Of a stretch of DNA of 64,000 nucleotides, positions 8,834 to 16,534 are shown in pieces. The notes beneath the pieces are model-generated. The model searched no databases, was not told the origin of the DNA, and saw nothing but the letters and a program-made list of their open reading frames with translations. How positions within the stretch are numbered: position 1 is the first letter of the stretch; the number at the start of each line of letters is the position of its first letter. The position numbers and the translations under genes were made by a program. Where the stretch lies: sequence record NC_031245.1. The stretch is one strand, 5' to 3'.

Positions 8834-9289
8834 ATGCCTAAAGCACAACCTCAGTCAGTCATGGATGAGAAATTAATGCAAGCATTTGATGGGAATCAAG
8901 TAGTGTTGGTAACCACAAAGAATTCAGAGTCGCAGTATCCACAAACTACCTCGGTATCTTGGATTAAAGCTCTCGACAATTCTAGTCTTAGATTAGCAAC
9001 TGGCTTCCGCTCAGCACTTGTTAAGAATGTTCGAGAGGACGATTTTATATCAGTCGCTATTATGGCTAATGAAACTGTATACGCTATTTACGGTCATGCT
9101 AAGATATTGGTTGATAAAATGGACGGAGTCTCAGTCCCAATGACTCTAATCGAAATCGATATTGAGTCAATCTATAAAACCATGTTCTGGGGAGCTAAGG
9201 TAACTGCATATCCTGAGTACGTGAAAACTTATAACGTTGATAAAGCTGAGAAACTAGACGAAGAAGTTTACTCAGTATTGTTACAATAG
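8834..9289 (+). CDS. Pyridoxamine-5'-phosphate oxidase-family FMN-binding split-barrel protein (Bacillus-like)
   Basis: VSWIKALD, S.LVKNVRE, ANETVYAIYG, MFWGAKV...PEYVKTY. Confidence 0.75.
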   Translation: MPKAQPQSVMDEKLMQAFDGNQVVLVTTKNSESQYPQTTSVSWIKALDNSSLRLATGFRSALVKNVREDDFISVAIMANETVYAIYGHAKILVDKMDGVSVPMTLIEIDIESIYKTMFWGAKVTAYPEYVKTYNVDKAEKLDEEVYSVLLQ

Positions 9290-9298
9290 GAGGAACTT

Positions 9299-9598
9299 AT
9301 GAATCATAAAATACAACCAACTGGTCAAAATGTAATTATCGAAATCCTTAAGGAAGAGGAGAAGTTAGGTTCAATTATTCTACCTCCTCCACAGAAAGGT
9401 CAACGTGACTTCTTCCAAGCTAGAGTTATTGCGTCAGGTAAAGGTACTTATATTGGTAACAAGTTTGTACCGAATGACGTTAAAGAAGGAGATATCGTAC
9501 TAGTACCTCGTCTAGCTATCAAGAAGATGAAAGTTAGTGGAGAGGATAAATTGATAAGTTACACACGCAACATAGACATCGAGGCTATTGTAGAGTAG
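9299..9598 (+). CDS. groES: Co-chaperonin GroES/Cpn10 homologue
   Basis: IQPTGQNVII, GSIILP mobile loop, RVIASGKG, VKEGDIVLV, DIEAIVE. Confidence 0.85.
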   Translation: MNHKIQPTGQNVIIEILKEEEKLGSIILPPPQKGQRDFFQARVIASGKGTYIGNKFVPNDVKEGDIVLVPRLAIKKMKVSGEDKLISYTRNIDIEAIVE

Positions 9599-9631
9599 TC
9601 TCCGATTTGATAATACTGAGGAGGTATACAT

Positions 9632-10111
9632 ATGAATGGTAAAACTCATGTAGCAACTTCAATAGCTCTATCGTTTGGAGTTGCTACTATACTCGGAGTG
9701 GAACCTAATTTTGAATTAGCTGCAGGTACAGCATTAGGAGCTCTACTACCAGATATAGATCACCCTAACTCAATTCTTGGAAGGAGATTATGGGGAAAAC
9801 ATATTCCTCCTAAGGATAGAGCTAAAATTGCTTACAAAACTCATAGGAAGTTCACACATTATCCAGAGGTATGGCTTGTAGGTTCTCTGATTTTAGCATT
9901 CTTTTATGCTAGTTCGTACCCTAACTTCATAGGAGGAGTTATTATCGGATGGCTGGGTCATTTATTGGGAGACATGTGTACTAAGTCTGGAATACCTTCG
10001 AAAATTGCAGGAACTCTTAAGTTTCCTATAACTTACCGCTCAGGTACTCCTTCGGTCGAGTATATGTTTATTGGACTGTCAATTATTCTTATATCAATTT
10101 TTCTCAGCTAG
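9632..10111 (+). CDS. Membrane-bound metal-dependent hydrolase (YdjM-like)
   Basis: MNGKTH, LLPDIDHP, HRKFTH, GHLLGD..T..G.P. Confidence 0.85.
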   Translation: MNGKTHVATSIALSFGVATILGVEPNFELAAGTALGALLPDIDHPNSILGRRLWGKHIPPKDRAKIAYKTHRKFTHYPEVWLVGSLILAFFYASSYPNFIGGVIIGWLGHLLGDMCTKSGIPSKIAGTLKFPITYRSGTPSVEYMFIGLSIILISIFLS

Positions 10112-10186
10112 GACTGAATCAGGGTGTTTAGGGGAATGCTAATGGTGAAGGGGTTGCCCCGAAGTTCCTTGAGAGGAGAATTGTAT

Positions 10187-10348
10187 ATGTGTGATAATTC
10201 TAAAGAGACTCTTCCTATTAGCCTAGGCATAGTCGTAGAGATGATTAAAACTGACCACTTAGTGGTAAAAGATGGTGGAAGGATAAAATTCTTAAAGAAC
10301 AATGAAATCCGCCATTACGATCAAGCTGAGAAATCATTTCCTCGTTAG
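10187..10348 (+). CDS. Small hypothetical protein
   Basis: AGGAG at 10173-10177 before ATG 10187. Confidence 0.5.
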   Translation: MCDNSKETLPISLGIVVEMIKTDHLVVKDGGRIKFLKNNEIRHYDQAEKSFPR

Positions 10349-10351
10349 TTG

Positions 10352-10382
10352 GCTGGATTCAATCCGCTCGGACGTTTATAAT
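10352..10382 (+). promoter_or_regulatory. Phage promoter motif copy 5
   Basis: GCT at 10352, CGTTTATAAT at 10373-10382. Confidence 0.7.
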
Positions 10383-10444
10383 GGTGAGGTCGGCTTGTTG
10401 TGAAGCAAGTCTTATTGTTGATTATACTTTCGGAGGTGCTGTTG

Positions 10445-10807
10445 ATGAGTTCAACTGCAATTGTTAAAAATAAAGAAACTAATTCACTAACCATCGTTAC
10501 TGGTGTTACTAAATCCGCTACTTTTAGGGAGTTCGTCGAGACAATTCCTGATTACTTCCCTCTATTTGCTGAGGAGTTAGGATTTAGTGTAGTCGCTATC
10601 ATCGATACGGATAACGATCCATTGGTTCAAACATTCGACAATATTCAATCCATGTCAATGAAGAACTTCTTCAAATCTTTGAGCAAAATGGGTAACGAGT
10701 TTATTGAATTGGCTAGCAATTCCTCCGATATTGACATTGATGACCGACGTCAAATTAAGATAGGATTAGCTAATCTTGAGCGAGACATCAACCTGAAGTT
10801 CTATTAA
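10445..10807 (+). CDS. Hypothetical protein
   Basis: GGAGGTG RBS before ATG 10445. Confidence 0.7.
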   Translation: MSSTAIVKNKETNSLTIVTGVTKSATFREFVETIPDYFPLFAEELGFSVVAIIDTDNDPLVQTFDNIQSMSMKNFFKSLSKMGNEFIELASNSSDIDIDDRRQIKIGLANLERDINLKFY

Positions 10808-10809
10808 TC

Positions 10810-11130
10810 TTCAGGTTCGTACCTTGCTCATTGCGTATCTAGAAGGTACATGATGAGCATGGTATGAATTATAAGTAATACCATGCTCCAAGTTGAAATC
10901 AACCAACCACTGGGTCATGAGTAACGTTAGGTTACTCGTGGTCCAGTCTAACTCACGATAGGTTTTTTCCATTATTGCTCATTGCTATTCCTTTTTCTAA
11001 TCCCAAACCAAACAACCCTTTACTATCGTGAGTTAGACTGGGCTACGAAGTAGTCCCAAAGTACAAACGGAGTCCCAGTACTTGGCATTGTTGTGTTTCA
11101 ATTAGTTTATCACCTCCACAAGTGATAATA
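10810..11130. ncRNA. Candidate structured non-coding RNA or regulatory leader
   Basis: Five overlapping inverted repeats, including a perfect 19-bp stem (10943-10961/11023-11041) and an 11-bp stem (10855-10865/10878-10888). No ORF of 60 aa or more. Expression is unproven. Confidence 0.45.
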
Positions 11131-11150
11131 CGAAAAGGAGATGCATACGT

Positions 11151-11585
11151 ATGCAAAAGAACCCTAATGGTAGAGGAACTAGCGATCAAGATAAGGTTAA
11201 CCGTAATCTTAAGCAGTCCTCTAACAAAGATGTAGAATTCGGTACTGAAGGTGTAGTAGAAGCTACATCAGGAGATTCTGCTGGTCAGAATGAATCGTTT
11301 CGTGGGCGTACGATTAGGCAACTCAATCCAGTGAATGAATCCTCTCCAGAGTTTCATTCTAAACAGATTGTAGCTGTGCGTAGGAATGGAAGGAACATTT
11401 CAGCTGTTCAGTTCCAAGATGGATCTTCTGTAGATGTAGAAGAAGCTATTGCACTTGCAGAAGAAGGCTACATCGAAGGAGTTAACACTGGTACTACTCG
11501 TGGATCTGATGGTAAGCAGAAAACGTTACGTAGTTACCCTGATGGGGATGCAAGTAACAATCTGGATAACTTACCTTCATTCTAA
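11151..11585 (+). CDS. DUF3892-domain protein with low-complexity N-terminus
   Basis: IVAVRRN...DG...EEAIALAEEG.IEGVN...LRSYPDG...NNLDNLPSF. Confidence 0.8.
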   Translation: MQKNPNGRGTSDQDKVNRNLKQSSNKDVEFGTEGVVEATSGDSAGQNESFRGRTIRQLNPVNESSPEFHSKQIVAVRRNGRNISAVQFQDGSSVDVEEAIALAEEGYIEGVNTGTTRGSDGKQKTLRSYPDGDASNNLDNLPSF

Positions 11586-11614
11586 TCGAATTTAGATTAC
11601 CTCCGTTTGTACTC

Positions 11615-11645
11615 AGGGAGTAGGATTTCCTACTCCCTATTTATA
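11615..11645 (+). terminator. Probable intrinsic terminator
   Basis: AGGGAGTAGG-ATTT-CCTACTCCCT followed by an AT-rich tail. Confidence 0.55.
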
Positions 11646-11649
11646 TAAT

Positions 11650-11946
11650 ATGAAAGTAGGTAACCTTATGGTAGATAACTTAGATGAAGCTAAAAGAAGA
11701 AAGTCTCATAAAGAACCTCAACTTAAAGCTGACCTTGAAGAAGTACTTAAGAAGTTAGCTGCAGGAGAGTTCCCTAAGTACAATCGTACTGAAACTCTAA
11801 GAGATTTTGGTAAAGCTAAATCATTCTCAGATGGAGTAAGAGCAGTCGTGAAAACAATGATCAGACTGTCAGGTGCTTCACCTAACAATGACCAATTACT
11901 TCAGCATTATGAGTTAGCAATTATCCAACATATTCTGAAAGGTTAA
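11650..11946 (+). CDS. Hypothetical protein
   Basis: 98-aa ORF; start could be 11650 or 11668. Confidence 0.6.
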   Translation: MKVGNLMVDNLDEAKRRKSHKEPQLKADLEEVLKKLAAGEFPKYNRTETLRDFGKAKSFSDGVRAVVKTMIRLSGASPNNDQLLQHYELAIIQHILKG

Positions 11947-12015
11947 TCCTCAACTAATACACCTAGGTAGGCTTGAGTCCTCTGATAACACCTCATTTTA
12001 TGGAGGTGACCTCTA

Positions 12016-12303
12016 TTGAAACCTATAGATCCAGAAATTATGAAATCATTCTCCGAATTTAAGGCACTCCAAATATCTTCCGAATTAGGGGATATATTGG
12101 TTTTGAGAGATGACGATCCGTCGATTACATTAGAATTCCGTCATAAATTAGCTCAAACTTTAGGTAATAGGTTAGGTGTCCCTATAATATTTATAAAGGA
12201 TACTATGGAAGTTGAGCTTAGCACGATCGATAACGTTAGAAAGTTACTGGATAAGATGGAGTCTAAGATAAAAGAACTAAGACCGTCCTCAGAATTGCAT
12301 TAG
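12016..12303 (+). CDS. Hypothetical protein upstream of terminase
   Basis: GGAGGTG RBS, TTG start. Confidence 0.65.
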   Translation: MKPIDPEIMKSFSEFKALQISSELGDILVLRDDDPSITLEFRHKLAQTLGNRLGVPIIFIKDTMEVELSTIDNVRKLLDKMESKIKELRPSSELH

Positions 12304-12314
12304 GAGGTAAGTAT

Positions 12315-13931
12315 ATGGAAGACTTGATACAAATTCTCCAGTCAGAGGATTCTCAGTTAGCTAAACTGGCTGCTGATATGGGTATTGACCCTAAAAGTAT
12401 GACTGAAGAGGAACGAAGAGTACTAATTCAAATTCTCCAGGAGATGGCTACCGATGGTGATTCTGAGACGCTAAATAGCTTATTCTATGCTGACTATGAC
12501 GAAGTCCCAGTCGACATAGATACATTTATAGAAGATCCAGAATACTTCGGTAATGGTACTGATCAAGGTAAACTTATCTATCCTTTCTGGAGAAAGGAAC
12601 TAAGAAAGATATTTGCTCCAGGTAATAAATATTTCGAGGTTTGTCTATCAGGAGATACGGAGGTCAAACTACTTGACGGACGTACTCTTACTATGGAACA
12701 GATGCTTCTTGAGCAGATTAGTGGTACCGATAAGTTCTATGTTTATTCTTATGATATGAGACTAAATAAAGTTACAGTCGGAACTGCTCACTCAATCATG
12801 CCTACGGGTATTAAACCAGTATATCGGATTACATTAGATAACGGAGAGTCATTCAAGGCTACGGATAACCATAAAATCCTTATGCGGGATAAGTCCTGGA
12901 AGACTGTAGGTCAATTGTCAGAAGGAGATAGCTTAATGCCATTCAACTGGACTTATGATGGCAAAGGGTACGAGCAAATTAGTCATCCTAAAAAGGATGG
13001 ATCCTCAAGGACTGAACCTACTCACGTCATGGTTAAGAAGTGGAAGTACGGAGGGTTCGCCTACAATCGCAAGAAGAAACGTACGATGCATCATCGTGAC
13101 TTTAATAAGAGGAACAATGATCCTCGTAATTTGGTAGCTACTGAGCATCAAGCTCATATCGAGTACCACTCTAAAGTGATCAGCCAGAGACTGAGAGATC
13201 CAGAATTCCAAGCTAAAATGACTGAGGGTAAGAGACGTAAGTTCAAAGATCCTAAACATCGAGAAAGATTAAGACGTACTATTAGTGAGGACTGGAAGAA
13301 CAATTATGAAAGAAGAGTAGCTGCTGTATCCGGTAATAATCAGGAGTTTATGAATTCCGAGGAAGGCAAGAACTTAGCTAAGTCTAATCTTAAGATATTC
13401 CAGGATGCCCTCAAGAACGGGGAAGACTGGGCAGTCGAGAAGCATCGTAAGAAATCTCAAGAAGCATCACGTAAGAGGTGGTCCAAGGATGGAGTCCGAT
13501 CAGCCGTAATACGGATATGTCGTAAGCTATATGATGAAGACACTGAGATTAGTGAAAGCACGTACAATTCAGCTAAACCTCACAACATGAAGAATTGGAA
13601 GAAGTTATTTAGTGAGGGATTCTTTGAATCTGAAAGTGAGCTAATAACTCAAGTCGAAAATTACAACCACAGGGTTGTATCCATCGAATATGTTGGAGAA
13701 GAGGTAGTCTATGATATGCAAGTTGACTCCGAGCACAACTTCGGATTGCAGTGCGGAGCATTCGTACACAATTGTGTCACTGGAGGTATCGGACTAGGTA
13801 AGTCAACAATTGCAGTTATCGGATTAGGGTATTCTTTACATAAGTTGTTATGCCTAAAGAATCCCCAAGAGTACTACGGACTGACTAAGTCATCAATAAT
13901 AGGCATTGCTTTCTTTAATATAACACTGGAT
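12315..13931 (+). CDS. terL: Terminase large subunit, exon 1 of the N-terminal precursor (contains intein 1 and Walker A)
   Basis: After intein removal it reads YFEV|CVTGGIGLGKST (Walker A). The exon ends at ...NITLD, U13931. Confidence 0.9.
12642..13772 (+). mobile_element. Cis-intein (377 aa) with an HNH endonuclease domain
   Basis: CLSGDTEV block A, ATDNHKIL block B, HHRDFNKRNNDPRNL HNH motif, VYDMQV..EHNF...FVHN/C C-terminus. Confidence 0.93.
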
Positions 13932-15127
13932 TAACCGACTGACTGGTCCAGTATAAACCTCGAGAATTGCTGGGACGCTCGCTAATGTTAAGGTACTCGC
14001 TAATGCAGTAATAATCCTTAAGATTGAGTAATCAGCAGCCGAGCCTACTAAGTTTCATACAGTTGGACTAAAGTGATGTTGAAGGCTTCTACTTCAAGGA
14101 GGTCGTCGAATGTTACAGTGTCCAATATGTGATAAAGAAGTGAAGATGTTGAGACGACATCTTATGATAACTCACAAACTAACTAAGAAAGAAATAAGTG
14201 AACGTTATGGTCATTTGAAAATGATAACTGATGACGTTAGAAAGTCTAGAACTGAAGGTGCTAAGAGAGGATGGAAGAATTCTGACAAACTTCCTGAGTC
14301 ACGTAAGCACATGTGGAAAGATCCTAAAAATAAAGAAAACCATCTCAAGTCTATGTCAAGTAAGGAAGTCCGAGGTAAAATATCTCAAGCTATGAAAGAG
14401 GCATGGCAAGATGAGGACAAGAGAGCTAATCTACTTCAGGCTACTAGAGAGTCCCACAATACTCCTGAATATCTTGAGAAAGTTAGTAATATCAAAAAGG
14501 AGCAGTGGAGTGATGCTGAGTGGCGAGCAATGATGGAGGAAAAGTTCGCTAGTGAGGAGTACCGTCAGCGAGTATCTGAAGGTCAGAAGAAGAGCTACGA
14601 ACGTAATCCTGAACGTAGAGAGCTCGTAAGTCAGAATAACTTAAGAAGATGGAGAAATAGAGACAGTACTCCTGACGACGGATTTGTCAATCCGAATATG
14701 AACCATGGTCAATTTCCTTACAAGGATATGTTCATGAGAAGTAGTTGGGAGGTCAAGGTCGCTAAAGTTCTAGATGAATTAGGGATAGTTTATCAATACG
14801 AAACTGTATCTATTCCTTACGAGGGTCACACATATGTTACAGACTTCTACCTACCAGAGTTCAATACAGTTCTTGAGGTCAAGCCTAATCGATTTACAAA
14901 TGATCCTATAGTTCAAAAGAAGAAGTTAGCTTGTGAGAAATTATACGAGTTCCACTTTATTACAGAAGATGATATGAAAGACTTAGTAGGAAGGTTCAGA
15001 GACTATCGAAAGGGTAAGCTCACTAATGCGTGAGTGTAGAACCGAGTAGAGTACTGCGTATATAATACGTGGGAAGCACGAGGCATCCTGCTAGCTATAG
15101 CAGGTAATGATATAGTCCAACTAATTG
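13932..15127 (+). mobile_element. Group I intron 1 (in terL), 1,196 nt
   Basis: P1 CTGGAT/GTCCAG with U13931-G13946 wobble; core AAACCTCGAGAATTGCTGGGA and AATCAGCAGCC; P7 GACTATC/GATATAGTC; P8 CCTGCTA/TAGCAGG; P10 GACTG/CAGTC; terminal G15127. Splicing restores NITLD-QSYGVAY. Confidence 0.88.
14110..15033 (+). CDS. Intron-encoded homing endonuclease (N-terminal Zn finger, helical repeats, C-terminal PD-(D/E)XK / T7 endonuclease I-like domain)
   Basis: CPIC...H...H; MRSSWEVKVAKVLDELGIVYQYE...TDFYLPE...LEVKP; AAGGAGGT RBS; located in the P6 loop. Confidence 0.8.
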   Translation: MLQCPICDKEVKMLRRHLMITHKLTKKEISERYGHLKMITDDVRKSRTEGAKRGWKNSDKLPESRKHMWKDPKNKENHLKSMSSKEVRGKISQAMKEAWQDEDKRANLLQATRESHNTPEYLEKVSNIKKEQWSDAEWRAMMEEKFASEEYRQRVSEGQKKSYERNPERRELVSQNNLRRWRNRDSTPDDGFVNPNMNHGQFPYKDMFMRSSWEVKVAKVLDELGIVYQYETVSIPYEGHTYVTDFYLPEFNTVLEVKPNRFTNDPIVQKKKLACEKLYEFHFITEDDMKDLVGRFRDYRKGKLTNA

Positions 15128-15601
15128 CAGTCATATGGTGTTGCCTATCGTAAGCTCCAAGGATTTCTAAAGGATTCTCCTTGGTTCTTACGTAACGGTA
15201 CAGTTCGTGGACTAAAGAACAAAGTCTATAAACCCAATAAGGGTATTGAATTCGTAGTAGGTTCAAGTCCTTCTCACGGTTTAGGACGTGATATCTTCTG
15301 TTTGACTGGTGAAAGTAAAATATATACTCCTGAAGGAGTGAAAACTCTAAGTCAAGTAGAGGGTCAGGAAGTCTGCGTACTTTCATTCAATCCTGCGACT
15401 GAGAAGTTTGAGTGGAGTGATCCTGCTCTAGTAGCTGCTACGGGAGTTCGTAATGATGTATACGAAATAGGATTCGAGGATGAGTCCTTTATGCGTTGTA
15501 CAGGCGATCATAAAGTTATGGTACGAGTTAGTTCAGGTACTACAGAATACAAAGAAGCTAAATCACTAATCCCAGGTGATGATGTTATATCACTCAACTG
15601 A
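15128..15601 (+). CDS. terL: Terminase exon 2: 57 aa of extein plus the N-half of a split intein
   Basis: QSYGVAYRKLQ...GLGRDIF|CLTGESKI...CTGDHKV...SLN stop. Confidence 0.88.
   Translation, partial: QSYGVAYRKLQGFLKDSPWFLRNGTVRGLKNKVYKPNKGIEFVVGSSPSHGLGRDIFCLTGESKIYTPEGVKTLSQVEGQEVCVLSFNPATEKFEWSDPALVAATGVRNDVYEIGFEDESFMRCTGDHKVMVRVSSGTTEYKEAKSLIPGDDVISLN
15299..15598 (+). mobile_element. Split intein N-fragment (IntN, 100 aa)
   Basis: Cys1 with block A (CLTGESKIYT) and block B (CTGDHKV), ending at a stop codon with no block F or G. Confidence 0.9.
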
Positions 15602-15672
15602 AATGCCAATAATAGGCTTATACTTTGGTTACTCTGAGGAGTTCCTATCAAACATTTTGGAGGTAGAGTATA

Positions 15673-16365
15673 GTGCCTATTACGTTTTTACGTGAGAATG
15701 AAGAAGTTATTATGCAAGAAGATAAATGGGTTACAGTAACAAAAGGGAGTAGCCCATTGAAAGGTCGTCACTTGTTATTGGATGATAAGGGTAATATCAA
15801 AGGTGGTAATGTCCCTAAACATGTCCAAGATAAGATGAAAGGTGGTAAAGTTAGTAAAGGTGGTTCTTCTAAGAAGGATTACAAGGATATGAGTGATGAC
15901 GAGAAGAAATCCATGGGTGATAGTCGTCGTAAACACTTCAGAGATGGTATTGATAAAGAAGCTAAGAAAGCGTTATCAACTCCAGCTACTGATGATAAAG
16001 TTTATAGTGGTAAAAAGACTATTAAACGTTACACTGTCCCTGAGGAGAATTTTGGATTGGGTCATTCAGGCTTAGGTTCTGAGAGATACGCTAAAGCTAT
16101 AGCTGATGTTAAAATGGCAGCTAAAGACCTGACTACTAAGATGCAGAAGAAATACCCTGGAGCTAAAGTTGAGTTCGAAGCAAATGCTAGGTCTACTGGT
16201 ATCGGTGCTGGTGGGGTTATGTATAAAAACCCTACTTTTAAAGTTAAAGGGGTACCTCACGAAGATCCACTTCATAATAATGCCCTTAAGATTCTAGCTG
16301 CTCATTTGAGTAAAGCAGACAATAACAGTAACGCTATTGGTAAGTCTTTAGGAGTTCACTGGTAA
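15673..16365 (+). CDS. Lys-rich hypothetical protein inserted between the split-intein halves
   Basis: GGAGGT RBS, GTG start, 230 aa, no recognisable nuclease motif. Confidence 0.8.
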   Translation: MPITFLRENEEVIMQEDKWVTVTKGSSPLKGRHLLLDDKGNIKGGNVPKHVQDKMKGGKVSKGGSSKKDYKDMSDDEKKSMGDSRRKHFRDGIDKEAKKALSTPATDDKVYSGKKTIKRYTVPEENFGLGHSGLGSERYAKAIADVKMAAKDLTTKMQKKYPGAKVEFEANARSTGIGAGGVMYKNPTFKVKGVPHEDPLHNNALKILAAHLSKADNNSNAIGKSLGVHW

Positions 16366-16402
16366 TAGACTCTCATCAAAATCTTGAAGGATAGGTGATA
16401 TT

Positions 16403-16534
16403 ATGAAAGTCACTTACGTCAAGAAGCTTGATGGGGAACATAAAGTATATGATGTAGTTAATGCTGGACCTTATAACAACTTTGTCATACAACCCAATGG
16501 AACGACTACTTCTAACGGAGTAGTCGTTCACAAT
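16403..16534 (+). mobile_element. Split intein C-fragment (IntC, 44 aa)
   Basis: Blocks F and G ending in His-Asn, followed by Cys+1 at 16535. Confidence 0.9.

Noticed and set aside
10943-11041. Invertible DNA switch bounded by the 19-bp inverted repeats
   Set aside because: There is no recombinase in the window, inversion would create only a 9-codon ORF, and the G-U-type extensions favour an RNA stem.
11105-11130. SigF/SigG sporulation promoter upstream of the DUF3892 gene
   Set aside because: GTTTA and GATAATA are 14 bp apart, shorter than the 17-18 bp expected, and the SigF GG is missing.
15125-15127. TTG start of track ORF 15125..15601
   Set aside because: There is no RBS. These bases are the intron's 3' end, and the frame is entered by splicing at 15128.
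15602-16402. A third group I intron joining the intein halves in cis
   Set aside because: None of the P3/P4/P7 core strings seen in the other two introns is present, and the downstream half has its own RBS and ATG.
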